Positions 28,743 through 41,700 of a stretch of DNA of 64,000 nucleotides are shown in pieces; the stretch's first letter is position 1, and each line of letters begins with the position of its first letter. A program made the translations under genes and the position numbers. Source of the DNA: a virus (Duplodnaviria > Caudoviricetes); the IMG/VR virus record IMGVR_UViG_3300028805_000075, positions 1 to 64,000 of that record. One strand, 5' to 3'. Below the pieces are notes generated by a model that saw nothing but the letters and a program-made list of their open reading frames with translations, was not told the DNA's origin and made no database searches.

Positions 28743-28925
28743 ATGTTAGATAGAGATTATTATAAAATAGCAAAAACCGCTTATTGTACTGAAGGAGACC
28801 AATGGGATTGCAGAGATTGCGAATTAATTGACGTTTTCACTAAAAAGAAATGTAATGCAGCTGAATGTAGAACTTTTTTAATAAGAAAATTGGTAGAAAC
28901 AATAGAGGAATTAAAAAATGAGTGA
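28743..28925 (+). CDS. small Cys-rich hypothetical protein
   Basis: 60-aa ORF between the topoisomerase subunits. Confidence 0.55.
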   Translation: MLDRDYYKIAKTAYCTEGDQWDCRDCELIDVFTKKKCNAAECRTFLIRKLVETIEELKNE

Positions 28926-31272
28926 ATTAAAACCAATAATCGAACAATCTTTCGCGCAGTACGCGGGCATGGTAATTCAATCCCGCGCGCTTGTTGACGC
29001 GCGCGATGGACTTAAGCCTTCAGCGCGCCAAATCTTCTATTCAATGCTTCTTCATAAACTCACCCATAATAATCCTTATAAGAAAACCGCTAATGCTGTT
29101 GGCATGGCTATGGCAGACTTCTATATTCATGGTGATTCAAGCTGTGAAGGAATTATTATGCGCGCCGGTCAGAATTTTGCTATGCGCTATCCACTTGTGG
29201 ACGTAAAAGGTAACTCTGGTTCTCTTATTGAAAGCGGTAACTGGGCTGCTATGCGTTATACAGAAAGTCGTTTATCTGCGCTTTCTAATGTTCTTTTTAC
29301 AGATATTGATAAAGATACTGTAACAGAATGGCGTGATAGTTATGATAATACTAAACAATATCCTGCGGTTCTTCCATCGAAAGGTTTCTATAATCTTTGT
29401 AATGGTTCGCAAGGAATTGCAGTAGGTCTTGCAAGCTCTATTCCACAGTTTAATTTAAATGAACTCAATAATGCGCTCATTAATCTTATTCAAAATCCGG
29501 ATTGTGATTTTGATGATATTTACTGCGCGCCCGACTTTGCAACTGGCGCGATTCTACTTAATGCAGATGAAGTAAAAGAAAGCCTGCGTACAGGTAATGG
29601 GCCGGCATGCAAATTGAGGAGTGTTGTCGAATTTGATAGTGGCGAGCGTTGCTTTGTAGTAAAAGAAATTCCTTATTCTGTTTATACGAATACTATTTGT
29701 AAGCAGCTCGAAGAACTTGTAGAATCAGAAGAGAATCCTGGAATTGAACGCTTTAATGACTTAACTGGCGCAACTCCTTTAATTAAGATTTATCTTACAA
29801 AGAAAGCAAATCCAGATAAGGTATTGAAATATTTGTACAAAAATACATCACTTCAGTACTACTATGGTATTAATCTTACTATGCTTGATGGCGGTAAATA
29901 TCCTAAAGTATTTACATGGCGCGAAGCTCTTCAGGCGCATATTGACCATGAAAAAATTATATATCGTCGTGGCTTTGAACACGATCTAAATAAGATGAAA
30001 TTCCGTGTTCATATCATCGATGGTTTGCTTATTTGTATCGCGCGCATTGAAGAAGTTATCCAGACAATTAAAACTTCTTCTTCTACTTCTGAAGCAAGTA
30101 TCAAACTGCAAAAAGAATATCTTCTTGATGCTGACCAAGCAAAGGCTGTACTTGACCTTAAATTAAGCAGGTTGGCGCATCTTGAAGTAACTAAGCTGAA
30201 CGGCGAAAAAAATGACTTGCTTACGAAAATTGGTGCGATCGAACAAATTTTAAATAATGAAGAATTGTTCAACAACGAGCTTATTAAAGGTTGGCGCGAA
30301 GTAGCAAAGAAATTTGGCGACGCGCGCAGAACAAAAATCTTAAATATTAGTGTTAATGATGAAGATGAACCAACGGAAGTAAAGAATCTTATTATTAACT
30401 TTACTAACAAAGGTGGCTTGTTCGTATCAGAAAGCTCAAGTCTTTATACTTCAAGACGTGGTGCAGTCGGCACTAAACTTAAACTTGAAAAGGGTGAGTA
30501 TATTGTTGGTACAGAAACTGGTGATAATACCGATGTGATGTTGTTCTTCTCTGATAAGGGCAACTTCTTCCAAGTTAAAATGAGCGACTTACCGATTGGA
30601 GAGAAAACTTATATCACACAATTCGTCACAACAACTGCAACCGAAAATATTTGTAATGCGGCTATTTATTCAAAAAACGAAAAGAAGAATATATACTTTA
30701 TTACAAAGAATGGTTTAATGAAGAAAACTCTTCTTTCTGAATATTATCTCAAACGTGGTAATAGCGCGAGAGCTATTGCACTTGATGATAATGATACTAT
30801 CGTATCTATCTTCTTTGGTGATGATGATACTGATTGTGGTATTCTTACTTCCGATGGAAATTATGTTATGTTTAAGACAGATGATATTCGTGCGATAGGA
30901 CGCATCGCGCGCGGTATTAAATGCGTAAAACTTAATGATTCTGCTTACGTACAGTGCGCGCGAGCGATTCCGAAAAATACTCAATCAATCATTTCAGTAA
31001 CCAAAAAAGGTTTAGCAAAGCGCACGAAGTTTAGTGAATTTAGTTTTACTAATAAAGGAACTAAAGGTAATAAAATTCAAAGTCTTACAGAGGATGACCA
31101 AGTGATTTCATTCCAACCGCTGTGTGATGGTGATGAAATTATAGTTACATCAAATGTTTCTCAAATTAAATTGTCTATCAATGACATACCATTGTTATCA
31201 CGCGTGACTCAAGGCGTAAAAACAATTAAATTAAAACCTCTGGAACAAGTGGTAACGATCGAAAAAATTTGA
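28918..31272 (+). CDS. gyrA: type IIA topoisomerase subunit A
   Basis: DGLKPSAR, HGDSS, AAMRYTE catalytic Tyr, C-terminal beta-pinwheel repeats. Confidence 0.93.
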   Translation: MSELKPIIEQSFAQYAGMVIQSRALVDARDGLKPSARQIFYSMLLHKLTHNNPYKKTANAVGMAMADFYIHGDSSCEGIIMRAGQNFAMRYPLVDVKGNSGSLIESGNWAAMRYTESRLSALSNVLFTDIDKDTVTEWRDSYDNTKQYPAVLPSKGFYNLCNGSQGIAVGLASSIPQFNLNELNNALINLIQNPDCDFDDIYCAPDFATGAILLNADEVKESLRTGNGPACKLRSVVEFDSGERCFVVKEIPYSVYTNTICKQLEELVESEENPGIERFNDLTGATPLIKIYLTKKANPDKVLKYLYKNTSLQYYYGINLTMLDGGKYPKVFTWREALQAHIDHEKIIYRRGFEHDLNKMKFRVHIIDGLLICIARIEEVIQTIKTSSSTSEASIKLQKEYLLDADQAKAVLDLKLSRLAHLEVTKLNGEKNDLLTKIGAIEQILNNEELFNNELIKGWREVAKKFGDARRTKILNISVNDEDEPTEVKNLIINFTNKGGLFVSESSSLYTSRRGAVGTKLKLEKGEYIVGTETGDNTDVMLFFSDKGNFFQVKMSDLPIGEKTYITQFVTTTATENICNAAIYSKNEKKNIYFITKNGLMKKTLLSEYYLKRGNSARAIALDDNDTIVSIFFGDDDTDCGILTSDGNYVMFKTDDIRAIGRIARGIKCVKLNDSAYVQCARAIPKNTQSIISVTKKGLAKRTKFSEFSFTNKGTKGNKIQSLTEDDQVISFQPLCDGDEIIVTSNVSQIKLSINDIPLLSRVTQGVKTIKLKPLEQVVTIEKI

Positions 31273-31411
31273 AAAGTATAAACGAAAATTTGAAAATATT
31301 TAAAAATTTTGCTATAATATATATAGAAAGTGAAAGAAAGATCACTTAAATGGTCGCCATTCCAAAAATAAATGGCAAATATAATAAAAAAATATTTAGG
31401 AGAAAAAAATT

Positions 31412-31672
31412 ATGAAGTTGACAGAAAGACAGAACGAAGTTTACAATTACATTAAGGCGAATGGTGGTCGCGTTTCTATGGACGAGCTTTGCGCAGCTCT
31501 CGGTTCTGATGCGAAGCATCTAAATCCGGTTGTTACTACTCTTGGTGTTAAGGGTGAGCGTGCAAAGGGTCTTGTGGATTACGAGAAGGTTGATGTTGAA
31601 GGCGCAGATAAGCCTGTTAAGTATGTTTTCCTTACTGAAGCTGGCAAGACATTTGTTCCTTCTGAGGACTAA
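31412..31672 (+). CDS. winged-helix DNA-binding protein
   Basis: LTERQNEVYNYIK...LTEAGK; strong promoter 31290-31318. Confidence 0.6.
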   Translation: MKLTERQNEVYNYIKANGGRVSMDELCAALGSDAKHLNPVVTTLGVKGERAKGLVDYEKVDVEGADKPVKYVFLTEAGKTFVPSED

Positions 31673-31694
31673 TTACTAATATAAAGAAATCTTG

Positions 31695-31722
31695 GAATGG
31701 GAGATTTCTCCCATTCCTTTTT
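31695..31722 (+). terminator. intrinsic terminator
   Basis: GGAATGGGAG-ATTT-CTCCCATTCC followed by a T-tract. Confidence 0.8.
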
Positions 31723-31752
31723 TAAAGAACCAAATAAAAAGGAGAAAATAAA

Positions 31753-32682
31753 ATGTTGAGACAAGCAGAAAATAAAGTAAAAATTGAAGGTATTTTATCA
31801 GAAATTAATCTAGAAAATGGTTCTTATGAGAAGAACGGTAAGCAAATGGAAACCGTTCGTGGTTCTATTAAAGTATTGGTTCAGCAAAATATTAATGGTA
31901 GACCTGTGGACAATGAGATCCCAGTTTAGATGTTCGCTAATAAATATACAAATGCCGGTAAGCCGAATCCTGCGTTTGAATCTATTATGAGAATTAAGAA
32001 TGAATTTGTTTCTATCGCGGCAGCTGGCGGCGAAGAAAATGCTGATCGTATTAGAATTACTAATGCAGATATTCGCATGAATGAGTTTTATGATACTAAT
32101 GGCAATCTTGTATCTTATCCGCGCGTAAACGCATCTTTTGCTTCTAAGATTAGAAAAGAAGAGTGCAGACCAGAAGCAACTTTCGTGATTACTATGGTAG
32201 TTGGTCAGCAGGATTATCAGTATAATGCTGAGGGAGAAATTGTAAAAGATTTCTTTGGTAATGATAAGTATGTTATTACTGGTCTTGTTCCTCAGTATGG
32301 TGGTCGCCTTGATAAGATGACTTTTGTATGTTCCAATGAAAATGTTGTTAATGCAGTTCGTAATTATTGGGAAGTTGGTTCAACTGTTAAGGCAAGTGGT
32401 CGTTTGAATTTTAGTTCAACAACTGAAACAACTAAGGTTGAACAGGGCTTTGGTGAACCGATTTATCATAATCGTACTATTATTGTTAATGATCTTGTAA
32501 TTACTGGTGGTTCAGAGGCTCCTCTTGAGGGTGAAATGGCTTATGAACACTCTGAAATTCAGGAAGCTCTCGCAGAACGTCAGGCTAGACTCGAAGCAGA
32601 AAAGAATAAGCCAAAGACTCGTACCGCGCCCGCTCCTATAACTGATACAAGAAAGGCAACCTTTGATGGTCTTGGCTTCTAA
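31753..32682 (+). CDS. single-stranded DNA-binding protein (phage type), 309 aa, one TAG
   Basis: MLRQAENKVKIEGILSE... OB-like; acidic/aromatic C-terminal tail (FDGLGF); location in the replication module. Confidence 0.65.
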
Positions 32683-32693
32683 GGAGGCCTCCT

Positions 32694-33659
32694 ATGGCTA
32701 TTGATATTTTAAATTTAAAACCAACAGTCATTAGTCGTGATTTAAAAGGTAAATTTGTTTGTATTTATTCATTACCTAAGGTTGGAAAAACCAGTTTGGC
32801 TTGTCAATTTCCTAAGAATTTACTTCTTGGATTTGAACATGGCTGGAATGCGATCGCAGGAGCTATGGCAATTGATATAACGAAATGGGCGGAGTTTAAA
32901 ACCGTTTTACGTTAGCTTGAAAAGCCAGAAGCTAGAGAACTATATGATACTATTACAATTGATACCGTTGGTATTGCTTGGGAAATGTGTGAGTAGTTTA
33001 CCTGCGCGCAGAATGGTGTTCAGAAACTTGGTGATATTCCTTGGGGCGGCGGATATAGCGCCTGTAAAAAGGAATTTGAGAATTGTCTGAGACGTATTAC
33101 TCAACTTGGTTACGGTCTTGTAATTATCGCTCATGTAGAGCGCAGAATTGAAAAAAGAGCTGATGATTCTGAAGTTGAAATTCTTGGCCCAGCAATTCCA
33201 AAAAGAGCTTATGAAATTGTAAATCAATTGGTTGACATTATTGGTTATATTGATGTTACATGGAACGAAGATGGAACGACTGAACGTTGGTTATACACAA
33301 GAAAGACTCCTACTGTAATGGCAGGAAGTAGATTTAAATATCTTGCACCAAAAATTAAGTTTGGATATAATGAATTAGTAAATGCAATTGCCGATGCTAT
33401 AGAGAAGTCAGAAAAACTTGATGGAGCAACAGTTGTTGATAAAATTGAAAACACTGTTGAAGAAAAGAAAGACTTTTCTAAAGTACGCGCAGAAGCTAGT
33501 GACTTATGGGCAAAACTCGTAGGGAACAATCCAGAAAATGCCGACATAATTTTGAAAAAAGTCGAAATTATTATGGGACATAAAATGAGACTTTCTGAAT
33601 TTACAGAAGATCAAGTTGATTTACTTGCACTAGTTGTTGATGAAATGCGAGAAATGTAA
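32694..33659 (+). CDS. AAA_24/Sak4-like ATPase (recombinase), 321 aa, two TAGs
   Basis: YSLPKVGKT Walker A, ITIDT Walker B, IIAH, VDIIGY, AGSRF. Confidence 0.8.
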
Positions 33660-33674
33660 ATAGTCTTAAAGAAG

Positions 33675-33702
33675 AAGAGCAGATCAGTCGGTCTGCTCTT
33701 TT
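33675..33702 (+). terminator. intrinsic terminator
   Basis: AAGAGCAGA..TCTGCTCTTTT hairpin. Confidence 0.75.
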
Positions 33703-33763
33703 AAATTTGACAAAAATTCTATTTTATGGTATAATATAATTAGAGAAAAATAGGAGTAAAAAT

Positions 33764-34297
33764 ATGCCGATTTGTAGAGTTTGTAAGCAAGAAATAGATA
33801 AGTCTTTAGATAATTGGATAATGCCGTCACGCAATCATTATTTCCATAAAACATGTTATGGTCGTTTTAAAGAAGAAAAAGAAATAAAAACAGATAAAGA
33901 TTATATTCCATTGATTTTTGATTATATTGCGCGCGACTTAAAAGTTTCTTATGATTATTATAAAGTTAAGGCACAAATTAATCAATTTGTAAAAGACGGA
34001 ATGACTTGTAAAGGGATATTATTTACTTTAAAATATTATTATGATAAATATGGTAAAGAAAATTGGGAACGTGGTTACGGCGGAATTGGTATAGTTCCTT
34101 ATTGTTATAAGGAGGCTACAGATTATTGGGTAAATATTGAAATTAAACGTAAAGGTAGTTGTGAGAAAATAATAGAATCAATTCAGCAATTACAGGTAAA
34201 ACCAGTTAATGAAATAAAATTAAATGTAGCTCCAAAAAAGAAAAAAGTAGAAATAAGTTTTGATGATATATTAGGAGAAAGCGAAAATGATAATTGA
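33764..34297 (+). CDS. Zn-finger replication-associated protein
   Basis: CxxC...HxxC; GIGIVPY motif; upstream of DnaB. Confidence 0.65.
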   Translation: MPICRVCKQEIDKSLDNWIMPSRNHYFHKTCYGRFKEEKEIKTDKDYIPLIFDYIARDLKVSYDYYKVKAQINQFVKDGMTCKGILFTLKYYYDKYGKENWERGYGGIGIVPYCYKEATDYWVNIEIKRKGSCEKIIESIQQLQVKPVNEIKLNVAPKKKKVEISFDDILGESENDN

Positions 34298-35855
34298 TAA
34301 AGGCTGTATCCAACAAGTTTTGGGTGGTATAATTAAAAATCCAAATATATTAACTGAAACTGAAAAGTATAATTTGAATATTTCAGATTTTAATTCTACC
34401 TTTGAAAAGTTATTATTTAGAGCAATTAGTGGTTTATATGAGCAAGGCGCGCGCAGTATAAATATTATTGATATAGAAAATTCTTTAAATGCGGACGCTG
34501 TTGCAAAGAAAATTTTTGAATCTAATAATGGAATAGAATATTTACAAGATATTGAAGATTTTGTAGATAAAGATAATTTTGATTATTATTATAATAAATT
34601 AAAAAAAATAAATTTATTAAGAGATCTACAACATCAAGGAATTAATATTTCTCAATTTTATTGTGAAGATTTAACAAACGAGAAAGCTTTTGAAATTAAT
34701 AGTAAATTTGAAACATTAACTATCCAAGATATTGTTGACGAGATAAAAAGAAAAGTATTAAATCTTGAAACTTCATACATAAAAAATGATGTAACTGAAA
34801 CTCGTAGTGCATATGATGGAATAGATGAGTTAGTAGCACATATTTCAGATGGATATTCTGGTATTGGTATGCCGATTCAAGGAATCATTTATAATGAAAT
34901 TATAAGCGGCGCGCGCAAAGGTGCGTTTTATATTCGTAGTGGTGGTAGTGGCGTATCAAAAACTCGTCAAGCAGTTGGTGATGCATGTTATTTAGCATAC
35001 CCAATAAGATATAATCAAGAAACTTGTAAATGGGAACAAGTCGGCAATAATGAAAAAGTATTGTTTATTGCAACAGAGCAAGATTTTTCAGAAATACAGA
35101 AAATGATCTTGGCTTATCTTACTGGTATTAATGAAGATAGATTTAAGTATGGACACTTTAATGAAAGAGAAACTGAAATAATTAAAAATGCCTTATGGAT
35201 TATGGCAGAATATAAAGATTATTTTCAGATCGTTCGTATGCCAAATCCAACTATTGCTCTTGTAAAGAATATTATAAGAGAAAATTGTTTAATTAATAAA
35301 GTAGAATATGTATTTTATGATTATATTTTTATTGGGCCTTCATTATTAAGTGAATTTAAGGGATTTAATTTAAGAAATGATGAAGTATTGCTTATGTTTG
35401 CTACTGCATTAAAAGATTTAGCAGTTGAACAAAATATATGCGTTATGACTTCTACACAGTTAAACGCGCGCGGAGATGATAATCAAAACATAAAAAATGA
35501 AGGTGCGCTAGCTGGTGGTAGAGCGACAATTAATAAAGCTGATGTTGGTGCAATAATGTCAAGACCAACTAAAGAAGAAAAAGAAGTACTTAAACCAATT
35601 TTTGCTAATTTTCAAAATGAACCAAATATTGTAACAGATATATATAAAATTAGAAGTGGCGCTTACAATCAAGTAAGGATATGGTCTTATGTCGATTTAG
35701 GTACATTAAGAAAAGAAGATATGTTTTTAACAAATAGTCAATTAGAAATAGTTGATTTTAATAACCACGGAATTAATTATATAACTAATTGGGAAGATGA
35801 TAATTATAAAAAAATAAATGAATTAGTAAAGAAGCTGAATAATAATGGATTATAA
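34287..35855 (+). CDS. dnaB: replicative DnaB-like helicase
   Basis: SGGSGVSKTR Walker A, YDYI, STQLN, KIR. Confidence 0.85.
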   Translation: MIIDKGCIQQVLGGIIKNPNILTETEKYNLNISDFNSTFEKLLFRAISGLYEQGARSINIIDIENSLNADAVAKKIFESNNGIEYLQDIEDFVDKDNFDYYYNKLKKINLLRDLQHQGINISQFYCEDLTNEKAFEINSKFETLTIQDIVDEIKRKVLNLETSYIKNDVTETRSAYDGIDELVAHISDGYSGIGMPIQGIIYNEIISGARKGAFYIRSGGSGVSKTRQAVGDACYLAYPIRYNQETCKWEQVGNNEKVLFIATEQDFSEIQKMILAYLTGINEDRFKYGHFNERETEIIKNALWIMAEYKDYFQIVRMPNPTIALVKNIIRENCLINKVEYVFYDYIFIGPSLLSEFKGFNLRNDEVLLMFATALKDLAVEQNICVMTSTQLNARGDDNQNIKNEGALAGGRATINKADVGAIMSRPTKEEKEVLKPIFANFQNEPNIVTDIYKIRSGAYNQVRIWSYVDLGTLRKEDMFLTNSQLEIVDFNNHGINYITNWEDDNYKKINELVKKLNNNGL

Positions 35856-36897
35856 ACAAATTATTGAAAATTTAAGCTTTGATTCAGTCATAAAATTAAT
35901 GCAAAAACTTGGAGCAGATAGATATATAGAACGAGATAACTTTATAATTTTTCCAACTATCTGTCATAATGAAGATGCAGCTACTGCCTCAATGAAATTA
36001 TATTTTTATAAAGATACTAAACTTTTTATATGTTATACAGAGTGCGGTTCTATGTCAATATTTAAGTTTCTTAAACAATATTATGAAACAAGAAACATTG
36101 AATATGATTGGTATAATGACATTTATCAAGTTGTAATAGATTGCGCGAATATAAGATTTATAGATGGATTTGAAAAGCCTAAATATGAAAAATTAAAAGA
36201 TAGATACCGCCCGCAAAAACAAGATGTTATATTACCAAAATATCCCAATGGTATTCTAGATACTTTTACTAAGAAATATCCAGTAGAATGGCTTATGGAT
36301 GGAATTACAAAAGAAACTATGGATAAATATAATATCTGTTTTTCAATTAGTCAAAATAAGATAATTATTCCACATTATGATATTAATAATAATTTAGTTG
36401 GAATCAGAGGGCGCGCGCTGAATGAGTGGGAAGTAGAAAATATAGGTAAATATATGCCAGTACAAATTGAAAAGAAATGGTATACTCATCCACTTGGATT
36501 AAATCTATATGGATTGAATCAAAATAAAAATAATATTAAAAAATATGGCATTTGCTATGTTGGAGAAGCAGAAAAATTTGTTTTACAAATGGAAAGCTTT
36601 AGTTTTCCGAATTGCGGTGTAGCAGTTTGTGGTAGTCAATTTAATAAATATCAATTAGCTTTACTTATGAAAAATTGCCACCCAAGAGAAATAGTTATTT
36701 GCTTTGACCAAGAAGAAAAAAAGAATGAAACTAGCTATTTTGATAAATTATATAAGCTATGTAGTAAATATAAGAATTATTGTAATTTTTCTTTTATTTA
36801 TGATACTCAAAATTTATTAAAATTAAAGGAAAGCCCAACAGATAATGGCGAAATAATCTTTAAAAAATTATTAGAACGGAGAGTTTTTGTAAGGTGA
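35845..36897 (+). CDS. dnaG: DNA primase
   Basis: TICHN...CYTEC Zn finger, IIIPH, GIRGR, LYGL, TOPRIM EAEK / FDQE. Confidence 0.8.
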   Translation: MDYKQIIENLSFDSVIKLMQKLGADRYIERDNFIIFPTICHNEDAATASMKLYFYKDTKLFICYTECGSMSIFKFLKQYYETRNIEYDWYNDIYQVVIDCANIRFIDGFEKPKYEKLKDRYRPQKQDVILPKYPNGILDTFTKKYPVEWLMDGITKETMDKYNICFSISQNKIIIPHYDINNNLVGIRGRALNEWEVENIGKYMPVQIEKKWYTHPLGLNLYGLNQNKNNIKKYGICYVGEAEKFVLQMESFSFPNCGVAVCGSQFNKYQLALLMKNCHPREIVICFDQEEKKNETSYFDKLYKLCSKYKNYCNFSFIYDTQNLLKLKESPTDNGEIIFKKLLERRVFVR

Positions 36898-38633
36898 GAT
36901 ATGAAGTAAGAGATACAACAAAAATAGATAAGAATTTTGGATATAACTTATTGCGCGCGCGAGGCATTGAAGATGTAGAACATTTTTTACATCCTACAAA
37001 AGAACATTCACTATAGGATTGGAGAGATTTAGATGGTATATTAGATGCAGTAGAAATATTAGTAACTGCGTTAGATTGTGATACTCCTAAATTTGCATTA
37101 ATAGTAGACTGTGATGTTGATGGATTCACGTCTGCCGCGATTCTATATTAGTATATAAAAGATATAAAGCCAGAAGCTGAAATAGACTACTATCTACATA
37201 GCGGCAAACAGCATGGATTATCAGATTTATGCGATACTATTATCGATAAAGACGTTCATTATACGCTTTGCCTTGTGCCCGATGCTGGTAGTAATGATTG
37301 TGAATTTATTGAAAGATTAGGAGAGCTATCCACTCCTACGCTGGTTCTCGATCATCATATTATAGAAGATACAACAAAAATTAGTGATTGGTGTGTAATT
37401 GTAAATAATCAAAATTCTCCGAAATATAAAAACAAAGATCTTTCCGGCGCGGGCGTTACTTATCAATTTTGTCGTGCGCTTGACTGGAAGCTTGGGAAAA
37501 ATTTTGTAAGTAAATATATTGATCTTGCCGCGCTTGGTATTTGTGCTGATATGATGAGCGCGCTGTCCGAAGAAAATCAATATTTTTGGCATGAAGGTTT
37601 CACCCATATAAATAATTATTTCTTTAAAGTTTTATGTGAAAAACAAGACTATTCAATGGGTAGCAAAATAAACCCAACTACAGTTGCTTTCTATATTGTT
37701 CCACTTATTAATGCTATGGTAAGAGTTGGTTCAATGAGTGAAAAAGATCGTATGTTTCGTGCCTTTATTAATGGAGAAGAATTAGTACCGAGTAATAAAC
37801 GCGGTGCAAAAGGGACAATGGAGAAAGTAGCTATTGAAAGTGCGCGCGAATGTACAAATGCAAAAGTACATCAAGATAAAGAAAAGCAAGCTATTGTAGA
37901 TCGTCTTGAAATTAAGATCCATAATAATAATCTTTTAGATAATAAAGTATTATTTATTCGTTTAGATGATGATGATGATTTTCCCGCCGAATTAAATGGC
38001 CTTGTGGCTATGTAGTTAGCTTCTAAATATAATCGTCCAACTATTGTCGCGCGGCTCAATGATGAAGGATATATTCGTGGTAGCGCGCGAGGACTTAATC
38101 AAAGTGAATTAGCCTCTTTTAAAACTTTCTTAAATGATACTAATTTATTTGAATATACAATGGGGCATGATAATGCTTTTGGTATTTCAATTAAAAATTC
38201 TTATTTGGCTGAATTTCATAAAATCGCAAATCAAGAGTTGAATAATATTGATTTTGGTGAAAATGTATATGTTGTTGATTTTGAAAGATATATTACAGAT
38301 AATTTATATGATTTAATTTGTGATTTAACTAATTATGAGAATGTCTGGGGTCAACAAAATCCCGAAAGTACAATAGCTGTAAAAAATATTATAATTCGTT
38401 CTAATGATATTCAAATAATTGGAAGAAATTCAGATACTTTAAAAATAGAAAAAAATGGAATTGTCTTTATAAAATTTTTTGCAAAAGACCTTATAAAAGA
38501 ATTAAAACAATTTGAAGAAATGGAATTAACTATTATCGGAACACCAAATTTAAATGAATGGATGGGTAAAGTTACTCCACAATTATTTATTAAAGATATG
38601 GAGGTCAAATAGGTTAGTAATTTAACCTTCTAA
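36894..38633 (+). CDS. recJ: RecJ-like DHH ssDNA exonuclease, 579 aa, four TAGs
   Basis: DCDVDG, HG, PDAG, DHH, SGAG, ADMM, GSARG, GHDNAFG. Confidence 0.9.
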
Positions 38634-38703
38634 AATAAATAATTTGAAAAAATTTTAAATTTATGATATAATAAATATATAAGAATAGTAAAGGAAGGTA
38701 GAT

Positions 38704-41700
38704 ATGGAATATACAGGAAGCTTACATACGCATACTGATTATAGTAATATTCGCCTCCGCGATTGTATTATAAAATTAGAAGATGGAATTTCATATGCAG
38801 AACAACTTGGACATAAAGTAATTGCAATAACAGATCATGAATTTACTGGTTCGTGGATAAAAGCCAAAAGAATTGCTAAAAAGCATCCTAATATAAAAGT
38901 AATTCTTGGTAATGAAATTTATCTTTGTCGTAACGGTTTAAATGCGCAGAACTATAATAGAGAATATGATAGATATTATCATTTTATTCTTTTGGCTAAA
39001 GATCGTGAGGGCGCGCGTCAAATAATGGAAATTTCAACTCGTGCGTGGAAGCGGTCTTATATGGCGCGCGGCATGCGCAGAGTACCAACATATTATCAAG
39101 ATTTAATTGATATAATTGGTAAAAATCCAGGGCACGTAATAGGAAGTACAGCTTGTTTAGGCGGCGCGCTGCCGACTCAATTACTTAGGTATAGAGATTC
39201 AGAAGATGAAAGATTAAAAGAAAAGATCGCTATTTGGCTTGGTCAAATGAACGATCTTTTTGGTGTTGGCAATTTCTTTTTAGAAATGCAGCCAAGTAAA
39301 AATAAAGATCAAATATATGTAAATAAAAGAATTTTAAATATTTCAGAAAATACAAAAATTCCTTATATTATTACAACCGACTCTCATTATCTTAAAAAAG
39401 AAGATAGAACTATTCATAAGGCTTATCTTAATGCTCAAAATGGTGATAGAGAAGTAGATGAGTTTTATGCTACTACTTATATGATGGGAACCGAAGAACT
39501 CGAAAGTTATTTTAAATATTTAACGCGTGAACAACTTGATACAGCATATAGTAATATTGAAAATATTATGAATATGTGTCAAGAGTATTCACTTGAAAAA
39601 CCGTTGCGTATTCCTAATTTAAAATGGCATGGTTTTCTTTCGTATAAAGATGAATATCCAAAATGGTTTGAACTCATTCCAGCTTTGGAAAAGTTTAATA
39701 AATCACAATACCCAGCAGATAGACAATTAGTCGCAGCAATTATTAGCGGTATTAAATCACATCCAGATGTACAAAATGAAGAGGCATATAAAGAAATAAA
39801 TCTTTGTCTTGAAGATACATGGGTTTCATCTGAGGTTAACAAAGCACAATGGAGCGCATATTATCTTAATCTTCAAAATATTATTGATGTATGTTGGGAA
39901 GCAGATAGTATTGTAGGTCCAGGTCGTGGTTCGGGTGTAGGTTTTATCTTATTGTATGTATTGGGTATAACTCAAATTAATCCGTTGCGTGAAACAACTA
40001 AATGTTTCCGATGGAGGTTTTTGAATCCTGCGCGTGTATCTGTTCTTGATGTTGACTTTGATATTGAGGGTTCAAAGCGCGCGCAAGTATTGTCAAAGTT
40101 TAGAGAAGTATATGGAGAAGATAGAGTTGCAAACGTTGCAACTTTTAGAACTGAAAAATCTAAATCTGCGATTCTTACTGCCGCCCGCGGCCTTGGTATT
40201 GACGTAGATATAGCTCAATATATAGCTTCATTAATTCCCGCAGATCGTGGATTATTGCGTTCACTTGACCAATGTATGTATGGTGACGCAGAAAATGACT
40301 GGAATCCAATAAAGCAATTTGTACATGAAATGACTGAAAATTATCCAGAACTTTGGAATGTTGCTCATGGTATTGAAGGATTAATTTGTGGTAGTGGTAT
40401 TCATGCTGGCGGTGTTATTTTTGTAGATGAACCTTTTACGGAATCTACCGCATTAATGCGCGCGCCGGATGGTACGATTTGTACACAGTTTGAATTACAC
40501 GATGCAGAAGCAGTTAGTCTTATTAAATATGATGCATTATCAGTTGAAGCGATGGATAAAATTCATAACTGTATTAATCTTTTATGTGATTACGGTTATG
40601 CAGAAAGAAAGAATACATTAAAAGAAACGTATGAAGATATAATTGGCATTTATAAAATTGAACGAAATGATCCTAAAATGTGGAAAATGGTTTGGAATCA
40701 TGAAATTCAATCGTTATTTCAAATGGAAAAACAATCGGGTATTCAAGGAATCGCTCTTCTTAAGCCGACTTCTGTAGACGACTTAGCTACATTGAATTCT
40801 GTTATTCGTCTAATGGCGCAAGAGCGTGGCGGTGAAATGCCAACTAATAAATTAGCGCGTTTTAAGCAAAATCCAAAACTTTGGGATGCGGAAATGGAAA
40901 AATGGGGTTTATCAGAAGAAGAACGCAATATTCTTCATAAAGAACTTGATACTTCTTATGGTATTTGCGAATCTCAAGAAGGTTTTATGCAATTAGTACA
41001 ATTATCACAATGTGGTGGTTTTAATCTAACTTGGGCAGATCGTTTAAGAAAAAGTATTGCTAAAAAGAATCCTAAAGAATTTGACCAGCTTACTGAAGAA
41101 TATTATAAAAATATTGAAGACAAAAAACTTAGTTATAATCTTTGTAACTATGTTTGGAAAGTATTGGTTGCATATAGTCGTGGATATGGTTTTAATAAAT
41201 CTCATACTCTTGCTTATAGTCTTATTGCTCTTCAAGAAATGAATCTTGCATTTAAATATCCGATTATTTTTTGGAATTGTGCTTGTCTTATTAATGATGC
41301 AGGTGGAGAAGAATTAGAGGAAAATGAAGAAAATGAAGACATTTTAAATGAGACAACTTGGGAAAATAATATTGAAATTTTTTCTTTAGAAGAAGATGAC
41401 GAAGAAGACGAGGATGAAGATGAAGAAGAAACTGTAAAAGAAACAAAAAAGAAAAAACAAAAAAAAGTTAATTATGGTAAAATAGCTTCAGCTATTGGAA
41501 AAATGAAAATGGCAGGAATAGAAATTGCACCGCCAAACATCAATAGCTCAACTTATACCTTTTCTCCAAATATTGAACATAATACAATTTTGTATGGTTT
41601 AAGTGGCATAACTGGATTAGGAGATGATAAGATTAAAGAGATTATAGCTTCTCGTCCTTATATGTCGTTAAATGATTGTATCAATAAAGTTAAATTAAAA

